Assembly: GCA_964607835.1 (NCBI GenBank)
Contig: CAZSLL010000002.1
Span: 20,014 to 84,013, forward strand
Length of the DNA stretch: 64,000 bases
Source of the DNA: an uncultured archaeon
GTDB taxonomy: Archaea; Aenigmatarchaeota; Aenigmatarchaeia; QMZP01
Direction: 5' to 3'
Part shown: in pieces, positions 54,539 through 62,419 of the stretch
Layout of the letters: every line of letters begins with the position of its first letter
Numbering within the stretch: position 1 is the stretch's first letter
Made by a program: the position numbers and the translations under genes
Notes under the pieces: generated by a model
The model's input: the letters and a program-made list of their open reading frames with translations, nothing else
Told to the model about the DNA's origin: nothing
The model's database searches: none

Positions 54539-55546
54539 ATGAGGCTGTCAGAATCCCTTCGAAGGAACGTATTGGAGGCGTCAGGCTCAGGCATAATCAA
54601 CCGCTTCAAGATGACCCTGAGGAGGGACGTCCTGTGCTTCGAGTCCATTCTCGCCGGCTACATCAGGGAATGCGAACGCTCCGGCCATGCGGAAACAATG
54701 TCCGCCGTGGCGAGGGAGTGGGCATTCCTGTACGCCGGCAATTTCATGCCCAGGGCCGCCCTCAGCCTTCCCAGGACACTTCTACTCAACAGCCTTCTTC
54801 CCAAGGTGTGGAGGAACATTGGTCTTCTGGAGGCCTTCCATGCCTCCTTGGGGAACGGAAAATTAGAGATAACTGTCAGGGGTGAGGGTATAACCAGGAC
54901 CATAGGGAGGAACAGCTTCTGCCAGGGCCTCTGGCAGGGGGTGCTTGAGAGCGTGCTGGGAGAGGGTCTCTTCCTCAGGAGCTCCTTCCAGGACAGGGAG
55001 CGCTCCAGGTACTCCTTCTCCAGGGAAGGGGAGCCCCCCTCTTACACGGCCAGGGGGCTTGACGAGTACAGGAGGCTCAACGACATCACCCACTCCAGGG
55101 AGGGCCTCAGGACACATGTCAGGAAGGGCTCCATATCGCTCAGGGGGAACAGGCTCTTCTACCGGGGCAGACCCATCGTCCTGGGAGAGAACACGCTTTT
55201 CCATCTCCTGGGGAGGGAGGGCATCATGCTTGAGAGTGTAAGAGAAATATCAGGGGAGCTCTTCACATCACTCCTGGGGCCAGGCTCATCCCATGATGAC
55301 AGCATGCTCTTCCTCAAGGCCATGCTCCAGACCTTTGGCTGGGGAAGCGCCTCCATAGCTATGGACGGGAAGAAGATTTCTGTGAGCATAAGGAACCCGC
55401 CCTACGGCATCCAGGCATCAGATGACTGCTGGGACTTCCTGGCCCGAATGGTGCAGGGCTTCCTGTGCGCCAGGGTTCATGACTGTTCAATGGACAGTGC
55501 TGGCCTGTCAGGGAGGTCTCTGTCCCTGAGGTACTCATGCAGGTGA
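54539..55546 (+). CDS. Hypothetical protein with two V4R-like (4-vinyl-reductase-type) halves; possible small-molecule-binding regulator
   Basis: Both halves carry Gly/Cys-containing motifs that I read as V4R-like: 'TRTIGRNSFCQGLWQGVLESVLGEG' and 'DDCWDFLARMVQGFLCARVHDC'. This is recognition from memory only. Confidence 0.35.
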   Translation: MRLSESLRRNVLEASGSGIINRFKMTLRRDVLCFESILAGYIRECERSGHAETMSAVAREWAFLYAGNFMPRAALSLPRTLLLNSLLPKVWRNIGLLEAFHASLGNGKLEITVRGEGITRTIGRNSFCQGLWQGVLESVLGEGLFLRSSFQDRERSRYSFSREGEPPSYTARGLDEYRRLNDITHSREGLRTHVRKGSISLRGNRLFYRGRPIVLGENTLFHLLGREGIMLESVREISGELFTSLLGPGSSHDDSMLFLKAMLQTFGWGSASIAMDGKKISVSIRNPPYGIQASDDCWDFLARMVQGFLCARVHDCSMDSAGLSGRSLSLRYSCR

Positions 55547-56452
55547 CCTAACGAGCCCGGGCAGTTCACTCTCCAGCCTGGTTTTGGCCAGCTCCGCTGC
55601 CTGCCTGAATCCCGCTGCCATGGATAGGAGCCTGTCCCTGGACGGAAAGGCCCTGGCAACCCGCTCAGCTTCCCTTATATGGCTTTCTATCATTCCGTAT
55701 ACCACTGAGAAGGGCTGCCCTGAATCCAGAAGGAACATGGGAAGGGTTACCGGGTTGTCATAGTTCCTGAGGTCGTCCCTTAGGTCTATGAGGTCATCTA
55801 TCAGCTGGAGAACCACGCCCAGCCTTTCCCCTATCCTCTCTGCGTGGGCCAGGTACTCCCTCCCCCCACCCAGCAGGGCGCCCAGCCTCAGGCCGTGCTT
55901 GATAGGGCAAACTGTCTTGTGGGTGGCCCTCAGGTATTCTGTGATGTCGAACCCCATCTTCCTGAAGGCCTCCATGTTTCGGGCGTCCATGAGCTGGTAC
56001 ATGGCCACATTGTGCATGGTTCTGGCTATTTCGTCCATGACCATGGAGCTCTCCGGGCTGCCCGCCTCCCTGAATATCAGCTCATATGCCCTGTTCTGGA
56101 GGAGCTCTGAGGCAGAGAGGTGGGCGACCATGGAATAGTGGTCCTCCCTGAACTCGTCAGCCACGTCATCATCCACAGACACAGCCAGACCTATCAGACC
56201 GAAGCCTGTTACAGGGTTCCTGAGGGACCCGGGAAGGAGCCTCCCGGTCACTGCGTGGTGGCCGTACTCTGCTGACATGTAGGGGAACAGGAACCCTGTC
56301 CTGCTGAAGCAGCCCCGGAAGGTCCTGGAAAGAAACGGGTTCTCTCTTGAAAGGGAGGCTACCACCCCGTTGTAATGGCCCAGTATCCGGTTCAGGTCAC
56401 TGCCGAAGAGCAACTTCATGAGGGCAGAAGTGGAGCGCGTGGTCAGGTCCAC
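55535..56452 (-). CDS. trans-Isoprenyl diphosphate synthase family protein (polyprenyl synthetase-like)
   Basis: The second Asp-rich motif 'GVVLQLIDDLIDLRDD' matches G.aFQi.DD.lD. 'KTVCPIKHGLRLGALLGG' matches the KT...a.lg block. The first Asp-rich region 'VSVDDDVADEF' is atypical. A 10-nt overlap with the upstream UbiA gene indicates an operon. Confidence 0.65.
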   Translation of the reverse strand: MDLTTRSTSALMKLLFGSDLNRILGHYNGVVASLSRENPFLSRTFRGCFSRTGFLFPYMSAEYGHHAVTGRLLPGSLRNPVTGFGLIGLAVSVDDDVADEFREDHYSMVAHLSASELLQNRAYELIFREAGSPESSMVMDEIARTMHNVAMYQLMDARNMEAFRKMGFDITEYLRATHKTVCPIKHGLRLGALLGGGREYLAHAERIGERLGVVLQLIDDLIDLRDDLRNYDNPVTLPMFLLDSGQPFSVVYGMIESHIREAERVARAFPSRDRLLSMAAGFRQAAELAKTRLESELPGLVRSPA

Positions 56453-57240
56453 AGCAGCACCGCCAGGAATACAGGAAGGGTGGAGAAGGAAAGCAGTATG
56501 CAGGCCCTGGCCATTTTCATGTCATCCCTGGCCAGGAACAGGGAGAGCAGTACCAGGAAGACCGAGAGCGAGGCCATTCCGTGGTAGGCCACGGCGGCCA
56601 GGGCGGCACCGCACCAAAGCATGATGTGCAGAATGAGCGAGGCCCTGGCCGGCCCCAGAAGCACGGGGAGGGTCCTCAGCCCGGCTGCCCGGTCTCCTGC
56701 GAGGCCCCTGATGTCTCCCAGCAGGTTGAGGGAGAACCCCAGCAGGAAGGGAAGAGGAACCCAGGCCGCTGCTGCATGGAGGGGTTGCCCTGCTGCAAGG
56801 GCTCCTGCCAGGAAGACCAATGACATCACCGACCCTGTATACGGGTTCTTGAGGAAGTATAGTGCCTTGAGCCTAAGGGCAGAGTAGGCCAGCCCCAGTC
56901 CGAGTGCAGCGAGGCAGCAGGCCCCTGCTGGGAGGGGAAGCATGATGGCAGAAAGCCCTGCCCCGGCACCTGCCATAACCGGCACATACCTTCCGGCTTT
57001 CCTGTACGAGAGCGGGTTCACGCCCCCGTTGACAGAGTCCTCCTCCCTGTCAGTGAGGTGGTTGTATGAGTAAATGGAAGAGCTGGAGAGGAGCGCCCCC
57101 AGGAACAGTGGTACAAGCAGGAACCCGGGAGGGCTGAATACAAGGAACCCCGAAACCGCAATGCCTGCAGAGAAAAGCCCTGTCTCCAGCCTCATGAATC
57201 TGGAGAGCTCCGCCAGGCCTTCCTGCCATCCTACGCCCAT
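56443..57240 (-). CDS. UbiA-family prenyltransferase (DGGGP-synthase-like integral membrane protein)
   Basis: 'YNHLTDREED' matches N...D...D, and 'GDIRGLAGDRAAGLRTLPVLLG' matches the D...DR..G..TLPv pattern. The whole 265-aa protein is multi-pass hydrophobic. Confidence 0.8.
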   Translation of the reverse strand: MGVGWQEGLAELSRFMRLETGLFSAGIAVSGFLVFSPPGFLLVPLFLGALLSSSSIYSYNHLTDREEDSVNGGVNPLSYRKAGRYVPVMAGAGAGLSAIMLPLPAGACCLAALGLGLAYSALRLKALYFLKNPYTGSVMSLVFLAGALAAGQPLHAAAAWVPLPFLLGFSLNLLGDIRGLAGDRAAGLRTLPVLLGPARASLILHIMLWCGAALAAVAYHGMASLSVFLVLLSLFLARDDMKMARACILLSFSTLPVFLAVLLWT

Positions 57241-57335
57241 GTTTTATTATTAATTGGTATTCATGTTTATATAATTTATAAAATTGTTTAAACATAACAC
57301 CCAAAGATATAAAGCAAGCTACCCAAGGATTTACC
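57241..57335. promoter_or_regulatory. AT-rich divergent promoter region (multiple TATA-like boxes) between the UbiA (-) and 57336 (+) genes
   Basis: 'TTTATTATTAATTGGTATTCATGTTTATATAATTTATAAAATTGTTTAAAC...AAAGATATAAAG' is about 80% AT over 95 nt. Confidence 0.5.
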
Positions 57336-57851
57336 ATGGTCATGAAAGGCCTTACCATGGTAATTGCTGACGAGGAGAGTTACCCTGCCAGGCTCGGGCT
57401 GGTCAGGGAGCTGGAGAACCACAGGAAGATATGCTATGTCTGCCTCAACAGCCTGGCCTGTGACGTAAAGGATGAACTCGATTCACTTGGCATTGACACG
57501 TCCAGATACCACTTCATAAACACCCTGAATCCACCTGGGGGCCACCATGCCACCAGGCCAGGGTTTTCTCAGGTGTCCTCGCCCTACAACACCCAGGAAA
57601 TCCTTGACGAGATGAAGAGGCTTGGGGAAGAGTGCAGCGCCTTTGTCTTCGACCCCATAACCAGCATGCTTCACTTCCACGACGTGTCCTCGATGGTGCT
57701 ATTCACCAATGAGGTGGCGGGCAGGAGCAGGGTTCTTTTCATTGTGCTGCACGACGGTATAGTGCCCGAGTCTGAACTGAAGAGGTTCATCGCTGACGCA
57801 GGCATGTTCGCCATGTCCATCAGGGAACTCTCCTCAGGCAGACGGGAGTGA
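57336..57851 (+). CDS. Walker-A-less KaiC/RecA-fold paralog (degenerate pseudo-ATPase), hypothetical
   Basis: It aligns by eye to the 53854 KaiC-like protein. 'LTMVIADEESYPARLGL' sits where 'VVLVSGQPGTGKTLLSL' would be, so the P-loop is lost. 'AFVFDPITSML' and 'VLFIVLHDG' match the core beta-strand positions. Confidence 0.5.
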   Translation: MVMKGLTMVIADEESYPARLGLVRELENHRKICYVCLNSLACDVKDELDSLGIDTSRYHFINTLNPPGGHHATRPGFSQVSSPYNTQEILDEMKRLGEECSAFVFDPITSMLHFHDVSSMVLFTNEVAGRSRVLFIVLHDGIVPESELKRFIADAGMFAMSIRELSSGRRE

Positions 57852-57894
57852 ATATTTTATTAAGGCTCGCGGATAAATATAATGCAGGTAGAGT
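57852..57894 (+). promoter_or_regulatory. T-rich tract after the 57336 gene stop plus TATA-like 'GGATAAATATAAT' before the receiver gene (terminator/promoter)
   Basis: 'TGAATATTTTATTAAGG' directly follows the stop. 'TAAATATAAT' lies 13-22 nt before the ATG at 57895. Confidence 0.4.
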
Positions 57895-58266
57895 ATGGCA
57901 AAGAGAATCATCATGGTGGTCGATGACGAGGAGAGCCTTCTGGAGCTCCTCAGGGGCGTCCTCGAGTCCGAGGGCTTCGACGTGGTGACCGTGGCCTCTG
58001 GGCAGGAGTGCCTCACCAAGCTAAGGACAGTCAGACCTGATCTCATCCTCATGGACATGATGATGCCAGGGATGTCCGGGCGGGAGACCACAGAGAAGAT
58101 ACGCGAGGACCTCAAGCTCAAGACCCTCAGAATCGCCTTCCTCACCGTGGCCAGGTTCTCTGAGTCAGGCATGAAGAGCCTCAAGGATCTGGACGTCAAG
58201 GATTACATCACCAAGCCCTTCGAGAACCAGGACCTGGTCAAGAGGGTAAAGAAGATTCTGGGCTAA
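57895..58266 (+). CDS. CheY-like single-domain response regulator receiver
   Basis: The acidic pocket is 'VVDDEE', the phospho-acceptor context is 'DLILMDMMMPGMSG', and 'TV' and 'ITKPF' are conserved. There is no output domain. Confidence 0.9.
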   Translation: MAKRIIMVVDDEESLLELLRGVLESEGFDVVTVASGQECLTKLRTVRPDLILMDMMMPGMSGRETTEKIREDLKLKTLRIAFLTVARFSESGMKSLKDLDVKDYITKPFENQDLVKRVKKILG

Positions 58267-60629
58267 TCCTTTTCGAAAAGGCCTGACTGCGCAGCCATCT
58301 TCCTGGTATCCTCGCTCTCCTTCAGGGCCTGCCTGGCCTTTCTTTCCTCTTTCTTCATCCCGTCCCTGGGAGGGCCGTCTATGGGAACAGTGAACCGGAA
58401 GACAGTCCCCTTTCCGACATGGCTCTCTACCCATATCTCCCCGCCCAGGAGCTCTATGTACTCCCTGGATATGGCCAGGCCAAGTCCCGTGCCGCCTGCA
58501 GACCTGGTGTACGAGGAGTCCACCTGGTAGAACCTGTCGAATATCTTTTCCTGTTCGCTCTTGGGTATGCCAACGCCAGTGTCGCTCACGCTGAAGTTTA
58601 TGAACCTTCCCTTGCGCTTGACTTCCAGTGACACCTTTCCCTTGTCCGTGTACTTGAAGGCGTTGTTGGTGAGGTTGAGCAGTACCTGGGTGAGCTTCTC
58701 CCTGTCAGTCCTTATGCTTGGAAGGTCTTTCTGCATTTCAGCCTCGAATATGATGGATTTCTTCCTTTGGGACACCATCCCCATCTCGTCCTTAACGGTA
58801 TTGTATATCTCTTCCAAGTCCACGCTTTCAGGGGCAATCCTGATGGTTCCGAGGTCTATCCTGGACAACTCCAGTATGTCTGTGACCAGCTTGGAGAGCC
58901 TCCCTGTCTCCTTGTCCATTATCCTGAGATAGTTGTCTCTCTTGCTCTTTATACCAGCCACTTTCCTGTTCATGAGCAGCTGGGAGAACCCGTGTATGGC
59001 AGTGAGCGGGGTCTTGAGCTCGTGGGCTGCCACTGATATGAATTCGTCCTTCTTTTTGTCCATGACCCTTATCTTCTCCAGGCTCTTCCTGAGCCTGGCC
59101 TGGGTATCCATGAGGTCCTTGTTGGTCATGTCCACGTCCTCCATCATGTTGATGACAGCGGCCGTTGTGTCCTCAAGCTCCTTCACCTTGCTGTCAAGCT
59201 CCCTTGTCCTCTCCTTCACCTGGTCCTCGAGCCCACGCTCGTGCTCCCTGACCATTCTCTGGGATTCCCTCAGCTTCACTGTCATCCGGTTGAAGGCCTT
59301 GCACAGTTCGCCTATCTCGTCCCTGGTCCTGACCTCCACTTTCCTGAACCTGCCCTCCATTACCTGTGACACTCCCTCCTGGAGCCTTCTCAGAGGAGTG
59401 GTTATGGCGTTGGTGAAAACGATGCCCACGAACATGGCAATTACCATCATTATACCCCCCAGGGGAAGGATTCCCTGGAACACCAGAAGGTTCGCCGAAT
59501 CGCTCAGCTCGTCTACCAGCGCATCCACTACCCCGAGAATGTCAGCTGACTCCACTATGCTTGCCATTATCCATCCGGTTTTGTTCATCACACTGAAGGC
59601 CACGTAGTGTTCGCTGCCTCCCAGCTCTGCCTTCATGAAGCCGCTATCCTTCTGCTGCATCATTTCCAGAACCGGAAGGAACTCTGGCACTGCTCCGGAG
59701 AGATTGGTGCCGAACTCGCCTTCGGTGGGCTCCCTGTCCATCACATCTAGGTAGCCCTCCCTGGGAAGCACCATGGAATTCCCCTCTCTGTCTATCATTA
59801 TGAAATATCCGCTGCCCATGATGTCAGAGTCCTCCAGGTATTCGGTTATCTGGCTGAGGTCCAGGTCGAATCCCACCACGCCTATGAACCCCCTTTCCCT
59901 GGTATATACTGGTGCAGAGGCCGTAACCATGAGTCCTTTGCCAGTGGCGTCCAGGTAAACATCGGTCCACACTACCTCCCTGTGGGGGTTGCTCTCCGGC
60001 GCTGCCTTGACGTACCATGGCCTTTCAGTGACAGTGAAGTTGGGGGAAACGAAATCACCCAGCCTTATGTCAGGATAGTACCTGGTGGATTCGGTCTCTG
60101 AGCAGAAATATGCCGCGGCGAGGTCGGGCATGGAGTTCATTATCCCCGGGACTATGAAGTCGAGGTATGCCCCTGTCTCGATATCTGCAATGAGCTCATC
60201 GCTCCTTTCAGCAAAATCAGGGACGAATACCGAGCTCGTCTCCTCCCTGTCGTTCATGTACACTCCGTTCTCCCTGGTTATCATGCTCTGGTTTGCTGCC
60301 CAGTATTCGCCCGGGGCAAAGACTGCCGGATTGTCGAATACCTGCTGGGCATGGAGCGCAAGTTCCCTGATCTCCTTGGATACCTCGCCCATTATGAACT
60401 CGCTCCTGACCACGTTCTCCTCAGTAATCTCTGTCATGTGCTCCCTGAACTTCTCGGCCAGTCCCTGGGAGCTCATGCTCATGGAGTACTCCCCTATGTC
60501 ATAGACCGATTTCATCCCCAGATATGATATGGGGATGATTATCATCATGCTAATCATTACCAGGAACAGCATGACCCTGGTCCTGATGGAAAGCGATTTT
60601 GTAAAGCCCTGCTTTTCTTTCCCTCTCAT
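58263..60629 (-). CDS. Sensor histidine kinase: TM - dCache_1 - TM - HAMP - coiled coil - HisKA - HATPase_c
   Basis: The Cache block is 'RPWYVKAAPES..VVWTDVYLDATGKGLMVTASAPVY..GFIGVVGFDL'. The H-box is 'ISVAAHELKTPLTAI'. The N, G1 and G2 boxes are 'LLNLTNNAFKYT', 'DTGVGIP' and 'GGTGLGLAI'. Confidence 0.9.
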   Translation of the reverse strand: MRGKEKQGFTKSLSIRTRVMLFLVMISMMIIIPISYLGMKSVYDIGEYSMSMSSQGLAEKFREHMTEITEENVVRSEFIMGEVSKEIRELALHAQQVFDNPAVFAPGEYWAANQSMITRENGVYMNDREETSSVFVPDFAERSDELIADIETGAYLDFIVPGIMNSMPDLAAAYFCSETESTRYYPDIRLGDFVSPNFTVTERPWYVKAAPESNPHREVVWTDVYLDATGKGLMVTASAPVYTRERGFIGVVGFDLDLSQITEYLEDSDIMGSGYFIMIDREGNSMVLPREGYLDVMDREPTEGEFGTNLSGAVPEFLPVLEMMQQKDSGFMKAELGGSEHYVAFSVMNKTGWIMASIVESADILGVVDALVDELSDSANLLVFQGILPLGGIMMVIAMFVGIVFTNAITTPLRRLQEGVSQVMEGRFRKVEVRTRDEIGELCKAFNRMTVKLRESQRMVREHERGLEDQVKERTRELDSKVKELEDTTAAVINMMEDVDMTNKDLMDTQARLRKSLEKIRVMDKKKDEFISVAAHELKTPLTAIHGFSQLLMNRKVAGIKSKRDNYLRIMDKETGRLSKLVTDILELSRIDLGTIRIAPESVDLEEIYNTVKDEMGMVSQRKKSIIFEAEMQKDLPSIRTDREKLTQVLLNLTNNAFKYTDKGKVSLEVKRKGRFINFSVSDTGVGIPKSEQEKIFDRFYQVDSSYTRSAGGTGLGLAISREYIELLGGEIWVESHVGKGTVFRFTVPIDGPPRDGMKKEERKARQALKESEDTRKMAAQSGLFEKD

Positions 60630-62419
60630 TTGCCTGCCCCCTTCTCCAGCTCCCTTATCCTCTTCTTGAGCTCAATCATCCTGAGCTCCCTGCCGGTGGA
60701 CATCCTGTTCAGCTTCTCCAGCTCCTCGACCTTCTCCTCGAGCTTCCTCTTGGAACTCTCCAGCTCTTTGGTCCTTTCCCTTACCTGCTTCTCGAGCTCC
60801 CTCTCGTGCTCCCCTATCTCGCTCTTGTACCTCTTTATCTCATCAAGCATGCTGTTGAATGTCCTGGCCAGTTCGCCGGTCTCGTCCCTTGAGCGCACCC
60901 TGACCTTTATCGGCTTCCTCTCACTGACCGCCCTGCCCGTGGCGTCCCTGAGCATGAGTATGGGCCTGGTTATGCTCCTCGAAACAAGGGTGGAGGCCAG
61001 GAGAGAGATGGCAGTCAGGAAGGCAACAACAATAATGGATATGCCTGTGCTTGACCTCACGGTTGCCAGGGCCTCCCCCTCGTCTATCTCTGCGAGTATG
61101 CACCAGTCCATTTCAGGGATGTATATGTGGGTCCCCAGTACCCTGGTTCCCCTGTAGTCGGTCATGAACCCGACCTCCTGGTGCATTTCCCTTATTTCCT
61201 CCTCAGGTAGCACAGCGTGGAGGAAGCAGTTCCTTGCATTCTCTGTCCTGATTTCCTCAGAAAGCACTGCACCGTCCCCGAGGAACCTTGAAGACGACCT
61301 CATGGTGTAGTCGCTGCCGACTATGTAGGTCTCGCCGGTCTCACCCATGCCTGTTGTGTCGCTCATTATTCTGTTTATCCTGTGGGTGTCGAACTGCAGG
61401 GCCACGGCACCCGCAAAGGAGCCCCCTTCGTGCAGGGGCATGACCGCAAACATGGCAGGCATGCCTGTGTGCCGGTGAATCTCGAAGTCTGACAGGGTCA
61501 CGTTACCTGAGGCCCTGGCCTCCTTGTAGGCAAGGGCGAACTCTGAGCCGTTGAACAGACCGGTCTCGAGGTTAGTTCCCTGCTCGCCCTCGTTCTTTGC
61601 AGTCCACCACACCTTTCCGTCAGAGCCTATCAGGAAAACGTCATAGTATCCATGGATGCTGGCAAAGCTCCTCAGGCCTGTCTCAGGCCTCTCCTCCAGC
61701 TCTGCCTTTATGGAGTAGTCATCCAGGTAGGTGGTGGCAGCGATGCTCAGTCCCACACCGTCGGCTGTCCTGCCGTCGGCGATGGCTATGTACATGTACT
61801 TCTCCCTTATGCTCCCGTCAGGCTCCTCCCAGCCGTAGAATCCCTCTGCATCCTGCCCGCCCCGGGTCCTTGACATGACCGACCAGAAGCCGGGGAGCCT
61901 CCCGGAGAGTTCATGCAGGTCCAGGTCAACTATTCCCGGGCTGGAGTGGAACCTGCACACGAGCGTCTCGTAGTCAGTCAGCGCGGTGTAGCCGGTCTCC
62001 CCCACCTGCTGCACGGCGATTTCCTGGAATGCGGGGTCTTCCTGCAGCTGCTCTATGGTCATTCCTGGGTGGCTGCTTATGTATTCCCCCACCTCCAGGG
62101 CCACCTCCTCTGCCCTTGCCCTGATTCCCTCCTGTGCAAGGGCCTTCTCTGCCGTGAGCTTGCGCTCAAGGATGCTCTGCACTGCCAGGGAGGACTCGAG
62201 GCCCTTTATGTCGTTCATCCTCTCGGTGAAATATGAATCCAGCCACAGGGCCCTCTGCTGAGCCGCCACCAGCAGGTGCTCGCTGGTCTGGTCCTTGACG
62301 ATGTCCGTTGATATTATGCTGGAGAAATGGAAGCCCGCGCTGAACACTATCACAGGCAGCAGCATGGCCAGGGCTATCTTCTTCCTTATGCTCAGGGAGA
62401 GCATACCTCTGGCCTTCAT
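60626..62419 (-). CDS. Membrane sensor: TM - double Cache - TM - HAMP - coiled coil, ending without a kinase or other output domain
   Basis: The Cache-like blocks are 'DGKVWWTAKNEG..' and 'GETYIVGSDYTMRSSSRF'. The HAMP is 'ITRPILMLRDATGRAV...GELARTFNSMLDEI'. The protein stops after 'LEKLNRMSTGRELRMIELKKRIRELEKGAGK'. A 4-nt overlap with the HK gene indicates co-transcription. Confidence 0.8.
   Translation of the reverse strand: MKARGMLSLSIRKKIALAMLLPVIVFSAGFHFSSIISTDIVKDQTSEHLLVAAQQRALWLDSYFTERMNDIKGLESSLAVQSILERKLTAEKALAQEGIRARAEEVALEVGEYISSHPGMTIEQLQEDPAFQEIAVQQVGETGYTALTDYETLVCRFHSSPGIVDLDLHELSGRLPGFWSVMSRTRGGQDAEGFYGWEEPDGSIREKYMYIAIADGRTADGVGLSIAATTYLDDYSIKAELEERPETGLRSFASIHGYYDVFLIGSDGKVWWTAKNEGEQGTNLETGLFNGSEFALAYKEARASGNVTLSDFEIHRHTGMPAMFAVMPLHEGGSFAGAVALQFDTHRINRIMSDTTGMGETGETYIVGSDYTMRSSSRFLGDGAVLSEEIRTENARNCFLHAVLPEEEIREMHQEVGFMTDYRGTRVLGTHIYIPEMDWCILAEIDEGEALATVRSSTGISIIVVAFLTAISLLASTLVSRSITRPILMLRDATGRAVSERKPIKVRVRSRDETGELARTFNSMLDEIKRYKSEIGEHERELEKQVRERTKELESSKRKLEEKVEELEKLNRMSTGRELRMIELKKRIRELEKGAGK

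Noticed and set aside
55788-56138. Plus-strand ORFs (55788..56138, 55844..56110, 56375..56624) opposite the polyprenyl synthase/UbiA genes
   Set aside because: They are short with no recognisable motifs. The minus-strand frames carry the clear isoprenoid-synthase and UbiA signatures.
60626-62419. Cache-HAMP protein as a truncated pseudogene of a histidine kinase
   Set aside because: The neighbouring PAS protein ends at the same conserved motif and is followed by a clean stop, and the gene has a 4-nt coupling overlap with the downstream HK. Two independent identical endings argue for a real domain boundary. The pseudogene possibility is kept in the findings as a refutation route.
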